The notes under the pieces are model-generated. The model saw nothing but the letters and a program-made list of their open reading frames with translations. It had not been told where the DNA came from and ran no database searches. From the NCBI GenBank assembly GCA_043803685.1, contig JAZDJU010000037.1, positions 128,001-192,000 of the forward strand: a DNA stretch of 64,000 nt. The letters run 5' to 3'. The translations under genes were made by a program, and so were the position numbers. Each line of letters opens with the position of its first letter. Position 1 is the stretch's first letter. This document shows positions 20,598 to 29,003 of the stretch, in pieces. The DNA is from Candidatus Omnitrophota bacterium (GTDB lineage Bacteria; Omnitrophota; Omnitrophia; Omnitrophales; Aquincolibacteriaceae).

Positions 20598-21984
20598 TCC
20601 AGGCGCTTTTTATCATTATTTTGAGTTGCTGGAATGAACGGATCCTGCGCACATACGAGGCCATAATGGCCGGTCGAAGGTAGAATTCGCGTAATAGCTT
20701 TTTCCGGTATGCGATCAAAGATTCCTTCGTCATCCCATGGGGCACAAACACAATATCAAAGCAGGTCATTTTATCATAATCGTTCTCAAACCGGCCGAAC
20801 CCCTTGATCGCATGAAACAGCGCGGCGCCAGGGTACGGAGTAAAGAACGTTACGCTGACATCATCCAGCGGTTGGCTTTTAATAAAATCGATCGTTTCCT
20901 GAACCGTTTCCGGAGTTTCCAGCGGATTCCCCAATAGAAGAAAACCTTTTGTCAGGATCCCTGCCTCCCGGGTTTCCCTGAGAGCTCTTTTGATGACCTC
21001 AAGGCTGATCCCCTTCTGGTAAACATCCAGGATCTGCTGATTGGCGCTTTCGATCCCGTAAGATAACTGCCAGCATCCGCTGTCTTTCGCCATCCGCAGA
21101 CTTTCCTGATCAACGCTATCAACACGAACAGAAGCCGCCCAAGTCATATTCAGCCGGGCCTCTTTGAGAAGACGGCAAAAGTCAATCAGTCGTCGCTTGA
21201 GTGAAAAAAACTCGTCGTCCTGGAACATGACATGCCGGATCCCGTAATCTCTTTTTAATGTTTTCAGCATAGCAACCATATATTCAGCGCTGTGAAAACT
21301 CATGCGATTGCCGAATACAGAGCGATCGCAGAAAGTGCACTGTCCCGGGCAACCGCGAGAGGTCATGAGCGATACAGCAGGCAGACGGTAAACATGCTGG
21401 ATCGGCAAGGAATAATGCTTGTCCAGCGCCGGCAAGAGATCAAATGCGGGTTGAGGAAGCGCGTCAAGGTCTTTGATCCTGGAACGCGTGCCGGACAACA
21501 AAACCTTGGGAGGATCTCTGAAAACAAGCCCTTTAACCTGAGCGATATCTGTCTTTTCCTCTAACGCCTGGATCACCTCGCGTAGCGTTTCTTCCCCTTC
21601 TCCAACAACCCCTATATCAAAGGGCGCATGCTCTTGAAGCGTTTCGATGGGCAGCGCGCTGACATGAGCTCCTCCGATAAAAATGATCACGGACGGTTCC
21701 AGGGATTTAATTTTACCGGCAAGAGTCGCCACTCCTCGTATCTGGGACGTGGTGGCGCTCAGCGCGACATATCCGGGCTTTTCGAGTTTGACCTGGGCCA
21801 GGATCTCTGGATCGTCATAATGGAGGGCCTGGGCATCGATAATACCCACAGGTATTCCTTCATTTCGTAAAAAAGCAGCCAGGGAGCACAACCCCGTCGG
21901 GATCTCCACTCCCCCGGCAGGAGAAAGAAACCCGTAACGCTGATCCAGGGTGGAAGGGGAATTGATCAAAAGGACTTTTTTCAT
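20569..21984 (-). CDS. Cobalamin-binding radical SAM enzyme
   Basis: KVLLINSP, GGAH, VGEGEET, SRGCPGQCTFC, FQDDEF, YGIESA, TPYPG. Start taken at MKKVLL. Confidence 0.85.
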   Translation of the reverse strand: MKKVLLINSPSTLDQRYGFLSPAGGVEIPTGLCSLAAFLRNEGIPVGIIDAQALHYDDPEILAQVKLEKPGYVALSATTSQIRGVATLAGKIKSLEPSVIIFIGGAHVSALPIETLQEHAPFDIGVVGEGEETLREVIQALEEKTDIAQVKGLVFRDPPKVLLSGTRSRIKDLDALPQPAFDLLPALDKHYSLPIQHVYRLPAVSLMTSRGCPGQCTFCDRSVFGNRMSFHSAEYMVAMLKTLKRDYGIRHVMFQDDEFFSLKRRLIDFCRLLKEARLNMTWAASVRVDSVDQESLRMAKDSGCWQLSYGIESANQQILDVYQKGISLEVIKRALRETREAGILTKGFLLLGNPLETPETVQETIDFIKSQPLDDVSVTFFTPYPGAALFHAIKGFGRFENDYDKMTCFDIVFVPHGMTKESLIAYRKKLLREFYLRPAIMASYVRRIRSFQQLKIMIKSAWSVLDHILRK

Positions 21985-21986
21985 AG

Positions 21987-22173
21987 TTTTACGCATCAGC
22001 ACATGATGAGCGGATACAAATAACCCCTATCAAATAAATTGGTTCGATTAAGAGGCTCGTGTCCCGACGCCGAGATCCTATCCACACCCCGGGTCTAGGA
22101 GCTTCTCATTTTTTGAATATGCGTCTTCTCTGGCCTTAGCGCATTCGGCAAGGCAACCCTTCAAAGACGCCCT
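21987..22173 (-). pseudogene. Possible decayed class I SAM-dependent methyltransferase relic
   Basis: Frame continuing past the GT2 stop reads ...AYSKNEKLLDPGCG* (motif I-like LLDxGCG), followed by broken fragments DRGYLYP and HVLMRK. Confidence 0.35.
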
Positions 22174-22938
22174 CTACGTTCTCATTTCCTGTTTCTCCCG
22201 CCGCCAGAAAAAGAAACGCGTAAGCTCGTCTAATATCTTAACGATCACTTTAAAACTCGAAAGCGTCGAGCGCCCTCTCGTCCTGGGATGATAGTCGCAG
22301 GGAAATTGCACGATCTTACGCCCCGACATTCTCACCCGGGCCAACATCTCCACATTGATAAAAGACCCTTCAGAAGACAACCGGATCTCATTCAGAAAAC
22401 TTCTCTTGAAAAGCTTAAATGAAAAATTTACGTCTTTTACACCCAAACGAAAAAGAAGTTCGATGAGACCATTGTAAATATAAGAATAAAAAAAACGCCG
22501 AACCCCCTCACCGCCCCGACTGGTCCTGTAGGCAGAAAAATAATCCGCGTCTTCGGCGTCGAGCATCGCGATCGCCTTAGCGATCTCTTTCAAGTCAAAC
22601 GGCAAATCCGCGTCAAAATACAAGATCAGGTCTTTCGTCGCGGCATTGAACCCTGTCCTCAAAGAACCCCCTAAGGTTCTATTCCTTTCATGATGAAGAA
22701 CCTTGACCCTCCGGTCCGTTCCAGCTACCGCATCAAGCATTTCGCCCGAGCTGTCCGTGCTCGCATCATCCACCAAAATGATCTCATAGTCAGCACAGAT
22801 CGACGGCACTGTTCTATTAATCGCCTTCAGAAGTGGCGCTATATTCTCCTCTTCGTTGAAGACGGGGATCACGATGGAAAGGCTATAGGGGTATAACAAA
22901 GCTTTGTCTCTCCCGACGGGATCCCTCAAAGGGATCAT
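22174..22938 (-). CDS. GT2 polyprenyl-phosphate glycosyltransferase (DPM synthase/ArnC-like)
   Basis: SIVIPVFNEEEN, VDDASTD, YFDAD, KDVNFSFKLF, PRTRGRS. Confidence 0.85.
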   Translation of the reverse strand: MIPLRDPVGRDKALLYPYSLSIVIPVFNEEENIAPLLKAINRTVPSICADYEIILVDDASTDSSGEMLDAVAGTDRRVKVLHHERNRTLGGSLRTGFNAATKDLILYFDADLPFDLKEIAKAIAMLDAEDADYFSAYRTSRGGEGVRRFFYSYIYNGLIELLFRLGVKDVNFSFKLFKRSFLNEIRLSSEGSFINVEMLARVRMSGRKIVQFPCDYHPRTRGRSTLSSFKVIVKILDELTRFFFWRREKQEMRT

Positions 22939-22954
22939 CCGCCTGTTTTGCCTG

Positions 22955-23212
22955 CTATTTCTGAGCCATTGACCATTTAAACAAATGCGGGGTTTTCTTC
23001 GATCGCCCTTTAAGTTTTTTTGCTAGTAAGGTCACGGCCGGCCCATTCTCAGTGTTTTCTTTGATGAGGACCTCCACGTCTGAAAATCCCGCATTATGGA
23101 ATATTCGAGGGACGGCGTCCTCTAAAGCGCGGAACGCTTGACCTTCCATCCCATCTAAACAATAGCGGACATTTTCCAAAAACGTGTTCCCCCCGGTTTT
23201 TTCCCGCGACAT
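22955..23212 (-). pseudogene. Short ORF, possibly the C-terminal remnant of a class I methyltransferase
   Basis: FHNAGFSDVEV...LLAKK resembles a methyltransferase C-terminus. No SAM-binding motif I is present. Confidence 0.3.
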
Positions 23213-23246
23213 TCGACGTCACCCAAGCTAAGGATACAGCTCCTTT

Positions 23247-24740
23247 CTAAAGCAAAACGTCTTTCCCCTTTTTTTCACCCAAAGACAACGCGGACTCCAC
23301 ATCCAATGTCCCGCCAACTCGATCTCGGGCAAATTTATCGGGTAGCTGCTCCTGGAGCAACTTCAATCGCTGGACTCTGTGTCCGTAGGTATCACTATTA
23401 TCTTTCGCACTCCAATCATGGAGATTATTTAACTGGATCCCATAGCGATCCTTCATCTCATAAAGCGGCGTATGAGGCTTTACCGTGCAAATGGCGGCAT
23501 CGATCCCTGCCATGCACTCAGAATTCTTTTTAATAAAATCCAGAGTCTCCTGGAAATCACGTGATGATTCCATGGGATGCCCCACAACCCAGTTTGTGAG
23601 CGCGGAAATTCCCGCCGCGTGAGCATCCATAATATTCTTTTCCGCGTCTTGGATGTGGAACCCCTTATTCATAGCCTGCAGAACCTTGGGAGACGCGCTT
23701 TCTATCCCGAAACTCAGATACTCGCATCCCGCCTGCTTCATCCTTTCAAAGATATCCCTGGTCAATACGGAATTGACGGACGCGCTCCCCCCCCACCGCA
23801 CACGGAGCTTCTTTTCAATAAGAAGCTGGCATAATTTTGTCAAGAAAGAGACGTTCAAAGTGATACTCGAATCATTGAAATGAAAAAAATCCGTCTTGTA
23901 ACGCGCGATTTGGCGCTCCATCTCCTCCACAACACACGAGGCTTTTCTAGCTCTAAAGGTATACCGATCCATATAGGGATAATCACAAAAAGAACACCGA
24001 GAGGGGCAACCTCGGCTTGCCAGTATCGGTAAAAAATTCTTTTCCGTGTAGGCGAACTCTTTTAAAACTGAAAAATCCGGAAAAGGTAACGCGTCCAGAT
24101 CGCAAATCAAAGGTCTTAGTTCATTGATTGTTAAATTCCCGTTCTCCTTGGCGATAACTCCCCGGCATCCCTCCAGGGAAGATCCCGAGGAAACCCGATT
24201 CACAACATCCAACATAATGTCCTCGCCTTCCCCGACGGCGACCATGTCGATGACATCTAAAACGCGATGAATGGGGCTGTGGATATTGGCCACAGCATCA
24301 TCACAGACATCGATATAAGACAGGACAAAGGGTCCTCCAAAAATGATCTTTCTCGTCGCATCCAATTGCTTTATTTTTTTCGCCAAAATAACGCTTACGT
24401 CGACTGAGGTGTGATAGACCGTAAATCCAATAACCTGAGCGTTGCTTTTTAAAATTTCTTGGGCCCAGTCATTCAGAAGAGACTCACTCAAGAATTCAAG
24501 GTGGCTCAATAACCCGGCATCTTGCCATCCACTATTAATACCTCTGCTTGACCATAGCAAAGAAAAAGCATAGTCCCAATATTTCCTCATATCGAGAGGG
24601 ACCTGATGAAAAAGACGTATGTTGAGGTCAAACGAATCAACGCTATGGCCGTTTTTTTCAAGCACCGCCCTCAGGTAAGCAGGCCCCAGCATGGGCATAC
24701 GCACATTAAACATGGGGCATTCAACAAGAGCTATTTTCAT
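23247..24740 (-). CDS. Cobalamin-binding radical SAM enzyme (class B methyltransferase-like)
   Basis: MKIALVECP, FGGP, VGEGE, LPFPDF, SRGCPSRCSFC, FGIESAS, VVGHPME. Confidence 0.87.
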   Translation of the reverse strand: MKIALVECPMFNVRMPMLGPAYLRAVLEKNGHSVDSFDLNIRLFHQVPLDMRKYWDYAFSLLWSSRGINSGWQDAGLLSHLEFLSESLLNDWAQEILKSNAQVIGFTVYHTSVDVSVILAKKIKQLDATRKIIFGGPFVLSYIDVCDDAVANIHSPIHRVLDVIDMVAVGEGEDIMLDVVNRVSSGSSLEGCRGVIAKENGNLTINELRPLICDLDALPFPDFSVLKEFAYTEKNFLPILASRGCPSRCSFCDYPYMDRYTFRARKASCVVEEMERQIARYKTDFFHFNDSSITLNVSFLTKLCQLLIEKKLRVRWGGSASVNSVLTRDIFERMKQAGCEYLSFGIESASPKVLQAMNKGFHIQDAEKNIMDAHAAGISALTNWVVGHPMESSRDFQETLDFIKKNSECMAGIDAAICTVKPHTPLYEMKDRYGIQLNNLHDWSAKDNSDTYGHRVQRLKLLQEQLPDKFARDRVGGTLDVESALSLGEKKGKDVLL

Positions 24741-24887
24741 GGTTGCTCACAATTTTTCATCAATTAAAGGAACGAACTATGGCGCTTCACACCTTCACGT
24801 CTATAGCCTCATAACTGCAAGGCCCTCACATTCGTAACGCGCTTGATGAGGGCATTACACCCTTCTTCCCCGCATTGTTTCTGCTCT

Positions 24888-26300
24888 TCATTGCTGCCCT
24901 TGAAAAGTTTTGTGCTTGGGCTTATCTCCTAAACGCTCGATCGTCGCAAGGAACTCATCGTAACGGCGTTTCCTCACCTCGACGGTATTAGCTCCATCCT
25001 GAGACACCCAATTCCACCCATCCCCGGCAACAACACCGAATTTCTCCTTATGCCGGGCAAGAAGGCTTGCGTCTTTCAAGATAAAAGAATTCACCATGAG
25101 ATTTTTTCTAAGGAGTTTGAAAAACCTGGTAATAAACTGCAGCGTCTGCTGAAAATCCTCTTCTCTTTCCGTCGGGAATCCCACGATCCAATTGGTGCAG
25201 ACATCCATCCCCGCCCTATGGGCTTCCGTGATGACCCGCTGAACCTCAGAGATCGTAAAAGATTTATTCATGTCTTTTAAAATTTTAGGCGAGGCGCTCT
25301 CAATGCCAAAGTTCAAATAACAACATCCTGCCTGTTTGAGTTTTTTTAACATTTCCCGGTCAAGATTCCTGCCGACGCAGGCGCTCCCCCCCCACGTCAA
25401 TCCGAGCTTCCCGCCGATCAGAAGATTGCAAAGCTTTAAAAGTTCCGATGAATTACCGTTGATCAACAGGTCATTGAATTCAAGAAATTCGGCCCCTTGT
25501 TCTTTGCGTAATTTCATCTCCTGAAAGATATTTGCGGCAGACCGGTAGCGGTAACGCCGCCACATCAGCGCATCATCACAGAAAACGCACCTGTTAACGC
25601 AGCCCCTGCTGCCCAAGATGGGCCATCGCCTATCATATTTATAGACGGACGGAAAATCATGAAAATCCGGAAACGGCAAAATGTCCAGATTTTCTATTAA
25701 AGACCTCGGGCCGTTGCGAAGGATCTTGCCGTCTTCTGCCCTGATCACGGTGCCGGGACAGCCCCTGAGGGACTCTTTGGCCTCCAGCCGTCTGGCAATG
25801 TCCAGTAATGTCTCCTCGCCTTCTCCCAACACGACGACATCGACCAACTGTCTCCCGACGTCATCTTTCATCTGTAATAAATGATCCGCATGCTCAATGC
25901 TATAACTCAAATGCAACGGCCCCCCGAAAACAATGGCCGGAGCAGTAGCTCTCTTTCTTATTTCACGGGCCAACTTAAGGCTGCATATCAAAGACGAACT
26001 CTGCACCGAAAATCCAAGAATATCCGGATCGTCTCGAAGAAGCATCTCAGCCCATTGGGCATAATGGCTTTCCGAAAGCACCTTCTGCTGGGAAAAATAA
26101 TCTTGATTCATCCATTGAAAAACATAGCTGAACTCCCAAAATCGCTTGTGGGCTTCTTCGGCATGGGCATAAAGATCGGCGTTAAAGTCAAAAACACGGA
26201 CAGCCTGACCCTGCTCCCTAAGAAATGCGGCCAAATATCCTAACGCCAAAGGAGGCCTATCAATCCCAAAAGCAGGGCACTGGACAAGAGTAATTTTCAT
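24888..26300 (-). CDS. Cobalamin-binding radical SAM enzyme (paralog of 23247..24740)
   Basis: MKITLVQCP, FGGP, LGEGEE, LPFPDF, SRGCVNRCVFC, FGIESAS, IVGFPTE. Confidence 0.87.
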   Translation of the reverse strand: MKITLVQCPAFGIDRPPLALGYLAAFLREQGQAVRVFDFNADLYAHAEEAHKRFWEFSYVFQWMNQDYFSQQKVLSESHYAQWAEMLLRDDPDILGFSVQSSSLICSLKLAREIRKRATAPAIVFGGPLHLSYSIEHADHLLQMKDDVGRQLVDVVVLGEGEETLLDIARRLEAKESLRGCPGTVIRAEDGKILRNGPRSLIENLDILPFPDFHDFPSVYKYDRRWPILGSRGCVNRCVFCDDALMWRRYRYRSAANIFQEMKLRKEQGAEFLEFNDLLINGNSSELLKLCNLLIGGKLGLTWGGSACVGRNLDREMLKKLKQAGCCYLNFGIESASPKILKDMNKSFTISEVQRVITEAHRAGMDVCTNWIVGFPTEREEDFQQTLQFITRFFKLLRKNLMVNSFILKDASLLARHKEKFGVVAGDGWNWVSQDGANTVEVRKRRYDEFLATIERLGDKPKHKTFQGQQ

Positions 26301-26405
26301 AGGACCTTCCCCAGTTTAGTGGACGGTTTGTTCAGATAATATCGTCTGTCTTTCGTACTCAAAAGGACTCGGATTCCCGATTGTTGAATGAGCCCCTTCA
26401 GAAAA

Positions 26406-28979
26406 TCATTCGCCTATCTTACTCGCGTTGGGATCCGGAGAACATAGCTCCAGACCCGCAAGCGCGCCTTTAAGTGTTTCATAATCAGCATCCGAAAACG
26501 CAGTGATTGCCTTGGTGAAGTATTCCTTGGCCTTGGCCGGGTCCTTCATCCCCAGATAACAATAACCGATGTTCGTAAGAAGATCCCCGTACTCTTTCAA
26601 ACGATCTTCCTTCGAGTAATCCGCGAGCCCCTGATTTAAATATGAAAGGGCCCGGCCATAAGAACGTTTGCTCAGATAAAGATACCCCAACCCCGAATAG
26701 GCCGCAGACGCTAGTGGGTCTGAAGCATCCATCGCTTTCAATGCTTCATTAAAATAATGCTCCGCCTTAGAAAAACAATCTTTGGAAACTGTTGCGTCAC
26801 GAACCATAAGCTCAACATAACTACTGGCTAAACCAACGCATGCCGTAGCATAGGTATGGCCCCTGGCCTCTTTGCCCGCCAAGAACTCCTCCAATAATTT
26901 CGTTGAAACGCCATAGCGTCCCTCCCTAAAGGCAGCCTGAGCTCTCTGCATCCGCACATCACCAGACGCTTCTTTTATCCATTGGCTCTCAACGGCTGCC
27001 GCTGAACCGGGCTTTTTGTTCTTGGCGTAAATATAAATTTTGCTCCCATCCGACGGAACGACAAGAGTCGCCATCCGATCGTAAAAACGGCTTACTTGAG
27101 GATAAAACTCGCTCAGAGGAAGCGCCATCACAAGGAAGTCGCAATCCGAAATCCCTTCCGAGGCATAATAATCGGGCTTATTTCCCAATGTACGGACAGT
27201 CAATGGAAGTTGACGCCGCGAGATGAAGCTTTTCATCCCCGGCTCATTGACAATAACAAAATTATCCGCGCGCTCAAACTCGCTCGGATTCATCTGCTCC
27301 TTTGGAAATGCGAAAAACCCGGTATTGCCAATATGGTAGATCCTGTTCGGAATGATATGGGCTTGCAATGCTCTAAAGATTTCTTCATAGACCTTATCAA
27401 AACGCGGTCTCTTTTTCGAATAAACATATATTCTGCTTTTATCCGAGGGAACGACAAGAGTGGCCGCCAGATCATAGAAAAGACACGCTTCCGGATAAAA
27501 CTCTTCCAGAGGAAGCACCGTCACAAGAAGGTCGCACTGCAAAACTCCATCCGAAGCGTCGTAATCAGGGATTTTCTTCAATGTACGGACCATCAATGGA
27601 AGCTGATGTTGCAAAATGTAGCTTTTCATCCCCCACTCATTGACTACAATGAAATTATCCGTGAATCGAAACGTGGCCGGAGTGATCAATCCGTTCGGAT
27701 ACAAATCATGGCCGGTAATGCCCACATGATGAATACCCCCCGAAGGGCAAGCGGCTCGCAACACTTTGAAAAGCTCGCCCTGAACCTTGTCCAAATGATT
27801 GTTCTTGGGTTTATGCGCATATTCCAGGTAAGGCGCCAGATCCAGGCGCATCCCCTTCCCCGTCAACGGATTCACGGGAAGTCGAATATCCCACAGTAAC
27901 GCATAATGCACAAAGACACCAAAGCCCAGAATAACGCTTAAACACGCATATCGCACGACCGGCTTTTTGACGATCGCATACAACCCCCCGGAAGAAATGA
28001 GAGCGATCACAGCAAGGAGCGGCAGGCTGTACTTGCTACTCTTCAAAGGAGCGCACGTCAAAATGATCAGGGGCGTTAGCAGCCATACCAGAACGAACGC
28101 TCTGTCCTTGGTCTTTGTGAAAACATACCCAGCAAGGCCGGCAATAAATACAACGAGACTAAGCATGTTGATCTGATCAGGTAACAACAGAACGTAATAG
28201 AACGCTCGGGTCCAGGGGTTCCCGGGAGCATAAAGTTGGGCATCATTAAAATGATTTTTGAAGAGAGTGATCGTCCCCGGATTGAATGAAAGGATCGCCG
28301 GCAACACGACCCCAACGCAAACCAAAAGAATGACTTTCTTGAACGCGTCGCGTCGAAACGCGGCCTTCGCTATCGTGAACGCGAGCGGCCCCGCGACATA
28401 AATAAGGAACGATTGTTTTGTCAGCATTCCCAAAAGGCACACTAAGGCCGCGGCAACAGTAAAACGGGTCTTGCGAAGCTCTTCGGAATAAAGCAAGAAA
28501 CACACGCAAAGCGCCGCCAGCGAGCACAAAGCACCCTCAATCACAAAGATCCGGGTCGATCCATAAATGTAGGGATATATCGACAGGATCAGGCATGCGG
28601 TAATGCCCTCTCGCACGCCGAACAGTTTTTTACCGGACGCATAAACGGCAACCAGAAGGATCACGTAAAACAGGAGGTTAAAAGGTATATAGAGATAATC
28701 CGCATCTCCAAAGAACAGGGCGGCCAATACGGGCAAAAAATAATAAAGCGGTGCATAGAGGAATCTTTCTTTGTAGTCGCCCATCTGCTGCGCGCTCAGC
28801 GAACCATCCAGGCTATGAAGGATCACTCGATAATTCGTGAGATGATGCGCTGAGTCGTTATAAGGAGGGACAGAATTGAGGGCAAGCCAGGCGATGTTAT
28901 TCAGAAAGTAAAATCCCACCAGAAAAACCAGGATCCCCAGGGGCACGAAGGGTTTAATTTTGGCGGCAGAAAAACTCAT
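26406..28979 (-). CDS. GT-C (ArnT/PMT_2-like) membrane glycosyltransferase with a duplicated periplasmic domain and C-terminal TPRs
   Basis: PPYNDSAHH and YAPLYY after TM1, multiple TM helices, LGMLTK, KYSLPLL, a 131-aa internal repeat, TPR-like tail. Confidence 0.7.
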   Translation of the reverse strand: MSFSAAKIKPFVPLGILVFLVGFYFLNNIAWLALNSVPPYNDSAHHLTNYRVILHSLDGSLSAQQMGDYKERFLYAPLYYFLPVLAALFFGDADYLYIPFNLLFYVILLVAVYASGKKLFGVREGITACLILSIYPYIYGSTRIFVIEGALCSLAALCVCFLLYSEELRKTRFTVAAALVCLLGMLTKQSFLIYVAGPLAFTIAKAAFRRDAFKKVILLVCVGVVLPAILSFNPGTITLFKNHFNDAQLYAPGNPWTRAFYYVLLLPDQINMLSLVVFIAGLAGYVFTKTKDRAFVLVWLLTPLIILTCAPLKSSKYSLPLLAVIALISSGGLYAIVKKPVVRYACLSVILGFGVFVHYALLWDIRLPVNPLTGKGMRLDLAPYLEYAHKPKNNHLDKVQGELFKVLRAACPSGGIHHVGITGHDLYPNGLITPATFRFTDNFIVVNEWGMKSYILQHQLPLMVRTLKKIPDYDASDGVLQCDLLVTVLPLEEFYPEACLFYDLAATLVVPSDKSRIYVYSKKRPRFDKVYEEIFRALQAHIIPNRIYHIGNTGFFAFPKEQMNPSEFERADNFVIVNEPGMKSFISRRQLPLTVRTLGNKPDYYASEGISDCDFLVMALPLSEFYPQVSRFYDRMATLVVPSDGSKIYIYAKNKKPGSAAAVESQWIKEASGDVRMQRAQAAFREGRYGVSTKLLEEFLAGKEARGHTYATACVGLASSYVELMVRDATVSKDCFSKAEHYFNEALKAMDASDPLASAAYSGLGYLYLSKRSYGRALSYLNQGLADYSKEDRLKEYGDLLTNIGYCYLGMKDPAKAKEYFTKAITAFSDADYETLKGALAGLELCSPDPNASKIGE
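27009..27794. repeat. Internal tandem duplication, 2 x 393 bp (131 aa)
   Basis: DNFIVVNEWGMKSYI/DNFIVVNEPGMKSFI and ATLVVPSDKSRIYVY/ATLVVPSDGSKIYIY at a 393-nt offset. Confidence 0.9.
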
Positions 28980-29003
28980 GGGCTTTTTTTTCCTATTCCT
29001 TCG

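Noticed and set aside
19713..21984. Hopanoid or bacteriochlorophyll biosynthesis (hpnJ/hpnK/bchE symbols)
   Set aside because: Only family-level resemblance. No shc, hpnH or bch genes are in the window, so the symbols were not assigned.
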